From positions 1 to 44,142 of the IMG/VR virus record IMGVR_UViG_3300020382_000148: a stretch of DNA of 44,142 bases; one strand, given 5' to 3'. Under the pieces are notes generated by a model. That model was given only the letters and a program-made list of their open reading frames with translations. It searched no databases and was not told where the DNA came from. Position numbers and translations under genes: made by a program. The stretch comes from a virus. Lineage: Duplodnaviria > Caudoviricetes. Every line of letters begins with the position of its first letter. Within the stretch, counting starts at the first letter, position 1. This document shows positions 8,320 through 16,878 of the stretch, piece by piece.

Positions 8320-8482
8320 GGACGTTGTGGCAGTGATAAGCACTGTAAGACTGTTCTAAGTAGATAAGACTAATAACACTACAAGCTCGGTTAAATTCCG
8401 AGATGTACTGCCTCTAGGGTAGCATGAATGCTTATTTGGTCGGTTGGAGGTCACCCGACTACGTACTAAAACCTCTCCAAAT
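8320..8482 (+). ncRNA. candidate structured RNA
   Basis: ORF-free region after promoter with several stems (CAGTG/CACTG, CTCGG/CCGAG, GTCGG/CCGAC) and possible pseudoknot TTGGAG/CTCCAA; no family recognised. Confidence 0.3.
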
Positions 8483-8546
8483 TCAATAATATATAGCCAT
8501 GTGGCTGTGTATAACTCAACAACAATAAGACACTAAAGGTGCTATT

Positions 8547-8888
8547 ATGAAGATTAATTATTATAAAAGAGACAGCTCTAACTACGCTTTCTACATCCAA
8601 GTAGGAGAAATGAAGCAAGTAGTAGAGAATATCACAGACCCGAATCCAACCATCTTTGAAGATACAAGTTCGGTTGAAGTACGGTTTAACGTCCTGATCG
8701 AGGACAATGACAGCTTCATGAAGTACCATGCTCTTAATAAGTACATAGGCAAAAAGATCACTGTTGGCGTAATGTACGGTAACGGAATTGAACTTAAGTC
8801 CTCATTTACGGTGGACGCATACGAGCGCAGGTTCGGAAGCGGAAAAGGCCCAATAATCACTCACGTGTTCCAAGGAACAAAGGGGTAA
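8547..8888 (+). CDS. hypothetical protein
   Basis: 113 aa, AAGGTG RBS. Confidence 0.7.
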   Translation: MKINYYKRDSSNYAFYIQVGEMKQVVENITDPNPTIFEDTSSVEVRFNVLIEDNDSFMKYHALNKYIGKKITVGVMYGNGIELKSSFTVDAYERRFGSGKGPIITHVFQGTKG

Positions 8889-8891
8889 TCA

Positions 8892-9074
8892 ATGGTAGTA
8901 AAACATCCTAATAAGAACATACCTAGGCATCAAGTCTGGAAAACTGATAACATATATCAGTGTATTGCATGTAGTAAAATGTACTCTGCAGAGATGACAG
9001 AGCCGCACACTAAGCAATGTAAAAGGAAGAAAGATGAGTCCTTTAGAAATTTACCCAATACACGCATCACCTGA
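8892..9074 (+). CDS. small zinc-finger-like protein
   Basis: CxxC...HxxxC pattern. Confidence 0.5.
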   Translation: MVVKHPNKNIPRHQVWKTDNIYQCIACSKMYSAEMTEPHTKQCKRKKDESFRNLPNTRIT

Positions 9075-9210
9075 GCTTTCTCCAGCAGGTTACAGACCTC
9101 TTATTGAGCCACAAACCCATGCAGTAAACGCAGAGTACCTTGTAGTGCAACCATCTAGGGAGCCATATGGTATTCCTCAAGAGTATACAAGGAGGGTATG
9201 GATATGTTAG
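9034..9210 (+). CDS. small hypothetical protein (58 aa)
   Basis: Read from sequence (MSPLEIYPIHASPEL...); AGGA RBS; fills the gap. Confidence 0.4.
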   Translation: MSPLEIYPIHASPELSPAGYRPLIEPQTHAVNAEYLVVQPSREPYGIPQEYTRRVWIC

Positions 9211-9632
9211 CAGAATTAATGATAGCTAATGCAGCTTTCAAAGTGATTAAGACTACACTATCTAATGGAAAAGATATTGCAGACGCAGGTTCAGCTTTAA
9301 CTAAGTATTTTAGCGCAAGTCAATCTATCCAGCAAAAAGCCAAGATGGGAACAGGAGATGTATTAGCTGCATACCAAGCCAAACAAGCGATAGAAAGACA
9401 AGAGAAAGAACTAGAGTTTATGTTAAATAAACAATCTATTCAGGGATACTACAAGTATCAACAATTCCGTGACGAATTTCACAAGAAGCAAAAAGCTTTA
9501 GCAACAAAACAAAAGTTAAGAAGCAAAAAGATACAGAGTAATGTAGAAAAAGGTTTATTAGTAACAGTATTAACTATGCTTTTTCTAGTTACATTTGTCG
9601 GTATATTGTTTTATGTAAAAGATACTTTGTAA
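9198..9632 (+). CDS. coiled-coil protein with C-terminal TM helix
   Basis: AAGGAGG RBS; helical body then hydrophobic C-terminus. Confidence 0.75.
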   Translation: MDMLAELMIANAAFKVIKTTLSNGKDIADAGSALTKYFSASQSIQQKAKMGTGDVLAAYQAKQAIERQEKELEFMLNKQSIQGYYKYQQFRDEFHKKQKALATKQKLRSKKIQSNVEKGLLVTVLTMLFLVTFVGILFYVKDTL

Positions 9633-9646
9633 AGAAGGAGATCATT

Positions 9647-9943
9647 ATGAGTATTGAATATAGAGGCGAGGTATTTGCTGGTTACAATAAGCCAAAGCGC
9701 ACACCTAAGCATCCGACTAAGTCACACGTAGTGCTGGCTATGGAAGTAAAGCAAGGCGGTGGTGGATCAACTATACGCATGATTCGCTTTGGTGAACAAG
9801 GCGCAAGTACTGCTGGCAAACCCAAAGAAGGTGAGTCTAAAGCAATGAAAGCTAAACGTGCATCCTTCAAGGCTAGACATGGAAAGAACATAGCTAAAGG
9901 CAAGATGTCTGCAGCTTATTGGTCTGATAAGGTTAAATGGTAG
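9647..9943 (+). CDS. conserved basic phage protein
   Basis: GYNKPKRTP.HPTKSHVVLA...IRFG.QG...SFKARH...SAAYWSDKVKW pattern common in marine phages; function unknown. Confidence 0.8.
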   Translation: MSIEYRGEVFAGYNKPKRTPKHPTKSHVVLAMEVKQGGGGSTIRMIRFGEQGASTAGKPKEGESKAMKAKRASFKARHGKNIAKGKMSAAYWSDKVKW

Positions 9944-9952
9944 GAGATTATT

Positions 9953-10150
9953 ATGGCTGGATTATACGACAACATACGTGCTAAGCAGAAGAGAATTGAT
10001 GGCGGTTCTGGTGAGAGAATGAACAAAGTAGGAAGCAAGAACGCACCAAGCAATGCTAATTTCACAGCTGCAGCTAAAACAACTAAAGAAGCCAAAGCTA
10101 AGAAAGCAGCTGCTAAAGCTAAAGCTCGCATTAATAGCAAAGGAAACTAA
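9953..10150 (+). CDS. small basic phage protein
   Basis: GLYDNIRAKQKRI..GSGERM.K.GSKNAP pattern, Lys/Ala-rich tail; AGGAG RBS. Confidence 0.75.
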   Translation: MAGLYDNIRAKQKRIDGGSGERMNKVGSKNAPSNANFTAAAKTTKEAKAKKAAAKAKARINSKGN

Positions 10151-10165
10151 ACAACAGAGGAGGCA

Positions 10166-10435
10166 GTGATGAGCGATTATCGAGATTTAACAATTGACTT
10201 AGGCACTACTCCTAACGACGATATCGAATTTAATTCCATAGGTGCTGAGCTAGAGTTAGGTGAATTCCGATCTATACAAGTACTATTGATGGAAGATTAT
10301 CAAATATCTATGGACTTGCAAGAGATTGCAGACACCATGGACGATGCTGGAATAGACTTTCAAAGCTGGTCTTGGTCTTCTGGTCTAATGATACATGAAG
10401 CGTTATTCGAACACTTATCAGAGGACACTGAATAA
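10166..10435 (+). CDS. acidic hypothetical protein
   Basis: GAGGAGG RBS; TAATG coupling. Confidence 0.65.
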   Translation: MMSDYRDLTIDLGTTPNDDIEFNSIGAELELGEFRSIQVLLMEDYQISMDLQEIADTMDDAGIDFQSWSWSSGLMIHEALFEHLSEDTE

Positions 10436-10620
10436 TGGCTATCACAGGAACATCTAATATAGACTGTGTTCGAATTAATGGTTTGGACGTTACTATCAGA
10501 GAGCTTACAATAAAGATAGCAGAGCTAAAGACTTACAAAGAACACTACGATACAGGTGCTATGGAAAGGACTTTAGAGAGCTTAAAAATACAATTCAAAC
10601 GGGAACAGTCACTATCATAG
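10435..10620 (+). CDS. hypothetical protein
   Basis: 61 aa, translationally coupled. Confidence 0.55.
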   Translation: MAITGTSNIDCVRINGLDVTIRELTIKIAELKTYKEHYDTGAMERTLESLKIQFKREQSLS

Positions 10621-10633
10621 AAGGAGATACCTC

Positions 10634-11269
10634 ATGCAATGGCGCAAAGACGTAAGTGATGATGTTAGTAGAGAGGATCTTCAACGTCAGATAGAAAAGA
10701 TGACCAAACAGCTACAAGCCAATGGTATAGAGAATGAAGATGACATGTGTTTCGTTGAGTCAGACGGACATAAGAACTACGATAAGAATCCAAATGGTAA
10801 GTACAAGAGAGGTAAGAGTCCTGCTCTAAAGGCTGAACAAGCCAAGTGGGCTGATCCTGCTAATCGTCCAAAGGGTGGTCGTCCTAAAGGTTCCAAGAAC
10901 AAGAAGACATTACGCCAAGAGTTAGTAGACAATGGTATGTTAACACCTGCTGAATTCCTTGCCAGTGTAATGAATGATGAAGAACAGAACATGAAGATAC
11001 GCCTCAGAGCAGCTGAGTCTGCAGCACCTTATTACGATGCTAAACTATCGTCAATAGAGATGCATACAGACGAAGAAAATGTATCTCCATTCAACATCAT
11101 AATGGCTACAGGCAACAATCCAGTACTCTTAGCTAACACTATGACAGTGTGTAATACTTGTGGCACATCACCGTGTAAGTGTGGTGATCTAGAAGCATTA
11201 GAGGATGCCTCAAATGAGGATCTGTTAGAGCACAAATCAGATGAAGAGATAGAAGATAATGACGACTAA
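10634..11269 (+). CDS. terS: terminase small subunit (probable)
   Basis: GGRPKGSKNKKT, LTPAEFL..VMND...RLRAA..AAPY...KL pattern typical of TerS; upstream of TerL. Confidence 0.7.
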   Translation: MQWRKDVSDDVSREDLQRQIEKMTKQLQANGIENEDDMCFVESDGHKNYDKNPNGKYKRGKSPALKAEQAKWADPANRPKGGRPKGSKNKKTLRQELVDNGMLTPAEFLASVMNDEEQNMKIRLRAAESAAPYYDAKLSSIEMHTDEENVSPFNIIMATGNNPVLLANTMTVCNTCGTSPCKCGDLEALEDASNEDLLEHKSDEEIEDNDD

Positions 11270-11489
11270 AGTAAGTATTCCCAAGACATTTCGAAGGACA
11301 CTCTACAGTCCTCAGTACCAGTACTACCAAGGAGTCGAGCACATCATTAAAAGTGACATACAAAAGCTAATCTTAGAGCATGACGACACTGTATGGACAC
11401 CATCTGAGAACACTAAGATCGAAGTAATGGATGGCATAGCATACGGTCGTACTGAGATATTTAGACAACGTACTACTTCCGACGACTAA
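11259..11489 (+). CDS. hypothetical protein
   Basis: 76-aa ORF overlapping the TerS stop. Confidence 0.55.
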   Translation: MTTKVSIPKTFRRTLYSPQYQYYQGVEHIIKSDIQKLILEHDDTVWTPSENTKIEVMDGIAYGRTEIFRQRTTSDD

Positions 11490-12375
11490 CACGCTCCAGA
11501 CAACGTATAAGTATCTGTTACACTACTCTGACTACTACTTAAAAGACTTTAAAAGATTTTAAAAGAATAAAGTAAAAGATAACTACAACACCAAATACTT
11601 ATAAGGTACTATTAGTATATTACTACATCTTGTCAAAGTATTACTACTTAGTATTACTAACTACATTACTACTTAACATTACTACTAAATGTAATAGTAT
11701 CTGTACTAAGTCTTACACATAGACCGTACTCACACTATGTACTAGCCATGTATGATGTGGTAATGTAAGCAAGCCAGTCCCGTAATGTGTGTCGTAAGAA
11801 CGTGTCTATTACCACTAGCCTCTAGCGCTACCCTCAATACCATTAGCATACATTGCAACACAGACCTGTACACACACTCCCAGCACCCTTCGACACATGT
11901 CCCAACACCTACACCTCCACACGTACTCCTACTACTGTGAGAGTGTACGTAAGAGGATGTGTTGACATAGAGTCAAGGCAATGGGAGGGTACCTGTCAGC
12001 GTCCTGTACAATGTGTGAGAGGAGCTGAGAGTGTACGTGGTGGGGTACTGTAACGGTAGGCAGGAGGAGGGTACGTGGACGTAGTGTCGCAGTGCTGAGG
12101 GTATGTGTGGTGATGCATGTACAATGACCCCCCCTTGTTTGCGTATCATCTGTTACTACCACGCTAGTAATTTTGTAGAATTTGGAAATCTTAGCACTAC
12201 TACACATGTACTCAAACATGTACTCCCACACGCACTAACAAGTGTCTTTCAAGCATACCTCGCACAACAGAGGTCTCCTTAAAATACATTCAAACATATG
12301 CACAAGCATTGAACACAACACGCTCCTAGACTCTTTACAGAAGCCTCAGGAAACATTAACAATAACACGAGGTCG
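11490..12375. other. long non-coding region; candidate packaging site, genome terminus or origin
   Basis: AT-rich TACTAC/TTACTA low-complexity tract, then C-rich to G-rich switch near 11937, imperfect inverted repeat, 13-bp direct repeat; between terS and terL. Confidence 0.5.
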
Positions 12376-12759
12376 ATGATGATGAAAAAGTATATCACAG
12401 TACACCAGTCGCACGTTATGACACAAGATGTCGAGTGTGCTGAAGACGTTTTGGCAACCGTAATAGCCGCAGGATATCGAAGGTCTGAAATAGACAACTT
12501 CAACCAAATGTACACCAAATCCTACGCATCTACTGCCCCACAAGAGAAGAGGTGTGTCTACGTACGTTACGCTCCTAAGGGTACCACGGCTAATCCCGTA
12601 ATGAGTGACGATATTATCCTGACTCTTTTAGCCCATGGCTGGGAACCAACTTACGGTGCTCTCCTAGATTCCGTGATGTTGTGTAAGACACACGAACAAC
12701 ATATGAAAGAAGATGGACAAGTAGCAGTCAATGTTACACCAGTTACGTCTACGTACTAG
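12376..12759 (+). CDS. hypothetical protein
   Basis: 127 aa, GAGGT RBS. Confidence 0.65.
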   Translation: MMMKKYITVHQSHVMTQDVECAEDVLATVIAAGYRRSEIDNFNQMYTKSYASTAPQEKRCVYVRYAPKGTTANPVMSDDIILTLLAHGWEPTYGALLDSVMLCKTHEQHMKEDGQVAVNVTPVTSTY

Positions 12760-12818
12760 ATAAGTTGTATCCTCGATACGACGATAACACATCGATAAGT
12801 TGTATCTTCGATACGACG
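12759..12818. repeat. two 25-bp direct repeats, each a triloop hairpin
   Basis: GATAAGTTGTATC(C/T)TCGATACGACG at 12759-12783 and 12794-12818, one mismatch. Confidence 0.85.
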
Positions 12819-12859
12819 CTAAGTGAGAGCCATAGGCCCACTGATAAGGATGACAACAT

Positions 12860-14113
12860 ATGGACATTAAGTTAACAGAACCCCAAACCTCTGTGTTTGG
12901 CGACACTACGAGATTCCGCGTAGTATGTGCAGGTAGACGTTTCGGTAAGTCGTTCCTATCGGGAGCAGAACTACTCAACGCTGCCATAGGTGTAGATAAG
13001 AAAACAGGCAAACAGCAAGTCAAGCAGACTGTGGTATATATTGCCCCGACCTTTGCTATGGCTAAACAAATTATGTGGGTGTGGTTGAAAGAGTACGCCC
13101 CAAAGAGTTTCGTCAAAAGGACCAATGAATCGGACCTATTGATGGAGTTTAAGAATGGATCAACGATCTATTTAAAATCCGCAGAAAACTACGATTCTTT
13201 ACGTGGTTTGTCCTTGAGTTTCGTCGTTTTAGACGAAGTCGCTGACATAGCCCCAGAGTGTTGGAGTTTAGTTGTACGACCAGCACTATCAGACCAAGAA
13301 GGAGACGCTTTATTCATAGGTACTCCTAAAGGCACGAACCACTTCTATGATTGGTGGCTACAAGGCAAAGGATCGAGAGATGCTTGGAAGTCTTGGGCAT
13401 ACACTACACTGGAAGGTGGAAACGTAAGTGCAGCTGAGGTTGATGAATCTAAGAGAGACTTATCTCCAAGAGATTTTGCCCAAGAGTACATGGCAAGTTT
13501 CGAAGCATTGAGCAACCGAGTGGTTGACATGTTTGACAGAGACTTAAACGTTATGGAAGTAGGCGACTTAGGTGGAGAGATTCTTATTGGTATGGACTTC
13601 AACGTCTCACCAATGACAGCAGTTGTAGGAAGTAGGGTAGGTGACCAGTTACATATCTGGAAAGAGTACCATCAACAGAACTCTAACACCCGATACCTTA
13701 TGGATGCAATAGCGAAGGACTTTCCCAACAGAGAGATTACAGTATTCCCAGACCCTGCAGGTAGGGCTAGGAAGACATCCGCTATTGGCGGTGAGACCGA
13801 TCACACTATTATTAAATCATATGGTGCGAAGGTAGTATCTCCAGCGAAGTCTCCTCACGTAGCCGATGGCTTGAACAACTTAAATACAATGATGTGTAAC
13901 GGTCAAATGGAAAGAAGAATACTGATAGACCCTAGCTGTATCAAATTGATCAAGTCTTTAGACACTTGGACATACAGTGAAGATGAACAGAATTCTCGAC
14001 CAGACAAGAAGTCAGGAAACGACCACATGCCAGATGCTCTCAAGTATCTCGTATGGATGGAGTTCAGGATGAATGGTGGACAAGCACGTCAAGTAAAGAT
14101 CACAGGATTTTAG
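12860..14113 (+). CDS. terL: terminase large subunit
   Basis: Walker A AGRRFGKS, LRG, Walker B VVLDEVAD, GTPKG, nuclease GMDFN and DHMPDALKY. Confidence 0.97.
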   Translation: MDIKLTEPQTSVFGDTTRFRVVCAGRRFGKSFLSGAELLNAAIGVDKKTGKQQVKQTVVYIAPTFAMAKQIMWVWLKEYAPKSFVKRTNESDLLMEFKNGSTIYLKSAENYDSLRGLSLSFVVLDEVADIAPECWSLVVRPALSDQEGDALFIGTPKGTNHFYDWWLQGKGSRDAWKSWAYTTLEGGNVSAAEVDESKRDLSPRDFAQEYMASFEALSNRVVDMFDRDLNVMEVGDLGGEILIGMDFNVSPMTAVVGSRVGDQLHIWKEYHQQNSNTRYLMDAIAKDFPNREITVFPDPAGRARKTSAIGGETDHTIIKSYGAKVVSPAKSPHVADGLNNLNTMMCNGQMERRILIDPSCIKLIKSLDTWTYSEDEQNSRPDKKSGNDHMPDALKYLVWMEFRMNGGQARQVKITGF

Positions 14114-14115
14114 AT

Positions 14116-14481
14116 ATGATATATGAATACGATTGCACAGAGTGTGAAGTCTCTGTAGAAAAGATGCGAAGAATGAGCGAGAGGGAAGACCCTGTTGCTT
14201 GTGAATGTGGAGCTAACATGTTGCCGATTATAACAGGTGGTGCTGGCTTTAAGATACAAGGCGGTGGTGTGGCCAGTTCTGGTTACAAACACAATGGTCC
14301 AAAGTTGAAGTTTAAGAGAGGTCGGCCAGTTGGTCCCCTTGACTCTCGATCTAAGGCTTACGAAAAGAACAAAGACGAGAGCTCATCTACATATTATGGT
14401 CCAGGACAAAACGCTTGGCTTGCACAGGACACAGTCCGACGTGATGAACATAACATGAAGAAAGAACAACACGGATTATAA
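14116..14481 (+). CDS. FmdB-family zinc-ribbon protein
   Basis: MIYEYDCTEC...ACECG...GF.IQGGG; start moved to ATG 14116. Confidence 0.8.
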   Translation: MIYEYDCTECEVSVEKMRRMSEREDPVACECGANMLPIITGGAGFKIQGGGVASSGYKHNGPKLKFKRGRPVGPLDSRSKAYEKNKDESSSTYYGPGQNAWLAQDTVRRDEHNMKKEQHGL

Positions 14482-14502
14482 AATTTAACTGGGAGAGCAT
14501 TT

Positions 14503-16011
14503 ATGCCATCTATGATAAGTACAAGACACCCTTTGCTGGTAGATAAACTCGACCAGATTCGGAGAGCACGTGATGCCTTCAAAGGTACTGATGCTATTAA
14601 AGCAACGGGCTACATCGGGGCCATGCCTCGTGACGAAGAATATCTTCCTAGGCTTGGTGGACAAAGTGAAGAAGACTACGAGAACTACAAGCGAAGGGCT
14701 GTGTTTTACGCAGCAATGAATCGTACAGTGGTTGCTCTGGTAGGAGCTTTGTGCCGCAAACCTTCTCAGATCGATAACGGTGAGATGCTTTCTGAATTCA
14801 TGAAAGACGTAACTGGAACTGGAATACCCTTTGATGAATTCTTGAAGAGAATTGAATCTGAGATAATGGTCTCTGGACGAGTAGTGATCTGTGTTGACAG
14901 AATGGACAACGAAACCAACCGACCTTATCTGGTCTGGTATAAGTCGGAAGACTGTACGAACTGGTTCACATCTAAGTCTAGCAATTTCTCACAAACACTA
15001 GAAACTGTAATCTTCAAAGAATCTTACTACGATGTTGATGGTGATAACCAATATCAACAAGTTGTTCGAGATCAATACCGTGAGTACACTATGGTCAATG
15101 GCCAATCTGTAGTTAACCTACACCAGCCAGTAAATAAATCCAAAGGTGGAACTATAACAGGTTCTGAGCAATACGAGATCGTACAGACTAAAGTGCTAAC
15201 AAACCGTGGAAAGCCACTGGGCTTTTTACCTTGTACTATGATCGTATCTTCTGGAGAAGATTTCGAAGTTCCTACTCCACCATTGTTAGATTTGGTTGAC
15301 GTGAACATTGCCCACTACCGTAACAGTGCTGATTTCGAGCACGGCTTACATTGGACAGCTTTGCCTACTCCTTGGTTCTCTGGACTAAGTGATGCTAGCT
15401 CTCAAATCTCTATAGGTTCTGGTGCTGCTATTATACTACCTGACCCTGCTTCTCATGCTGGGTTCTTAGAGTTTAGTGGTGCAGGTCTTACTCAGATTTC
15501 TGGAGCCATGAAGCACAAAGAAGCATTGATGTCTACTCTAGGTGCTCGTATGTTGAGTTCAGGAATGGATCAATCGACTAGTGCTGAAGTAGTACGTATA
15601 AACGTATCAGGAGAGATATCTGCATTGATTAATGTGGCTAAATCTGTGAGCCGTTGTGTAGGACGTGCACTTCGTATGGTAGCAGTCTGGGAAAACCAGA
15701 AAGGTGCTGAGAAAGTAGAAGTACACATAAATGAAGACTACGTAGATACCAAACTAGGTGCTGCAGACATTCAAGCGTTACTTGGAGCATACCAAGGAGG
15801 AGCATTGTCTCTCGACACTCTTCTCTGGAACCTTGAACAAGGTGAGCGTTTACCTATGGGTCGAACTATAGAGGACGAGATAGCTTTGATTGAAGTTGGT
15901 GCTGAGAAGGAAGCCGAAATGGCTATGAGCATGGAAGGTGAAGAAACTGGATATGCAGGAAACTTCTTTAACAGTGAATCAGGTTCTAACGAAGACGATA
16001 ATAATATTTAA
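14503..16011 (+). CDS. portal protein (DUF4055-like)
   Basis: YLPR...Y..RAVFY, PPLLDL..VNIAHYRNSAD.EH.LH..ALPTP motifs; position after TerL. Confidence 0.92.
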   Translation: MPSMISTRHPLLVDKLDQIRRARDAFKGTDAIKATGYIGAMPRDEEYLPRLGGQSEEDYENYKRRAVFYAAMNRTVVALVGALCRKPSQIDNGEMLSEFMKDVTGTGIPFDEFLKRIESEIMVSGRVVICVDRMDNETNRPYLVWYKSEDCTNWFTSKSSNFSQTLETVIFKESYYDVDGDNQYQQVVRDQYREYTMVNGQSVVNLHQPVNKSKGGTITGSEQYEIVQTKVLTNRGKPLGFLPCTMIVSSGEDFEVPTPPLLDLVDVNIAHYRNSADFEHGLHWTALPTPWFSGLSDASSQISIGSGAAIILPDPASHAGFLEFSGAGLTQISGAMKHKEALMSTLGARMLSSGMDQSTSAEVVRINVSGEISALINVAKSVSRCVGRALRMVAVWENQKGAEKVEVHINEDYVDTKLGAADIQALLGAYQGGALSLDTLLWNLEQGERLPMGRTIEDEIALIEVGAEKEAEMAMSMEGEETGYAGNFFNSESGSNEDDNNI

Positions 16012-16026
16012 CAATTAGGAGGCCAC

Positions 16027-16776
16027 ATGGCTATTTTAGATAGCATTAAAGAGGGACTGGCGTCTCTTGAAAGTGGAATGAAAGACACAGCTCGTGAAGC
16101 CACAAACACTTCTGGTTTGCGAGGATCAGCAGTCCACAAAGAGAAGATGAAAGATTGGTCTCGGTCAAAGGAAGGAGTTGCTCTTATAGACGTAGCTCTG
16201 TCTGTAGGACTTGAAGGTGTTGAAATGGCCACTAAGTCTGTCAACACAGCTGAAGCTTTTATCAACGATTCATACGAGAAGAAAGATGAGCTTATGGACT
16301 TAGGTCGTAAGATCGTGGATAAGAAATCTTATGAAGCTGGTGAGAAAGCATTAGATATGGCAGCTGAAGTAGAGGACTTTGTAAAGAAAAACTCTAAGAA
16401 GTTTGAGAAGTCTATCGAAAAAGCTGCAAGCACTACAAGTGAGTCTGCTTCAGAAGCTGGCGAATCTGCTCTTGACACTTTGAAGAAAGCTAAAGAAAGC
16501 TCTGAACAATTCACCTCTAACCTTGTGAAAGAAGTAGCTGACAAAGCTGAAGACTTTAAGAAAGACTTGAGTGATCAGTATGACGTACAAGTTAGTGCTA
16601 TAGATATGATGCTTGAGAGATCAGGTAACGATACTGCTATGGTTATGGACGACTTGAAAAACTTAGGAATGAAGTCTGCTGAAGAGCTCAAAGCAATAGG
16701 CGTAATCAAGATAGAAGCTTACACACGGACAGATGGTGGTAAAATACCAACTCACTTCCGTAAGAGAGCTAGATAA
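16027..16776 (+). CDS. charged alpha-helical hypothetical protein in head module
   Basis: AGGAGG RBS; E/K/A/S-rich; C-terminal IEAYTRTDG.KIPTHFR motif. Confidence 0.75.
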   Translation: MAILDSIKEGLASLESGMKDTAREATNTSGLRGSAVHKEKMKDWSRSKEGVALIDVALSVGLEGVEMATKSVNTAEAFINDSYEKKDELMDLGRKIVDKKSYEAGEKALDMAAEVEDFVKKNSKKFEKSIEKAASTTSESASEAGESALDTLKKAKESSEQFTSNLVKEVADKAEDFKKDLSDQYDVQVSAIDMMLERSGNDTAMVMDDLKNLGMKSAEELKAIGVIKIEAYTRTDGGKIPTHFRKRAR

Positions 16777-16878
16777 AGTATATAGCACACAGCACGTTCC
16801 CTAGTTCAATAGGAGTGGGGAACTGCTTGCTTACTTTTAACATACCAATGAGCATTCTACCAATAGGAGTCTGACTAC

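Noticed and set aside
8256-8546. tRNA or group I intron next to the NUMOD4-like ORF
   Set aside because: No cloverleaf with TTCGA T-loop, no recognisable P7 core and no split host gene
11853-12231. ORFs 11853-12053 (+) and 11932-12231 (-)
   Set aside because: Low-complexity translations caused by the compositional skew; no convincing RBS
12759-12818. Possible mini-CRISPR array
   Set aside because: Only two repeats with a 10-bp spacer and no cas genes
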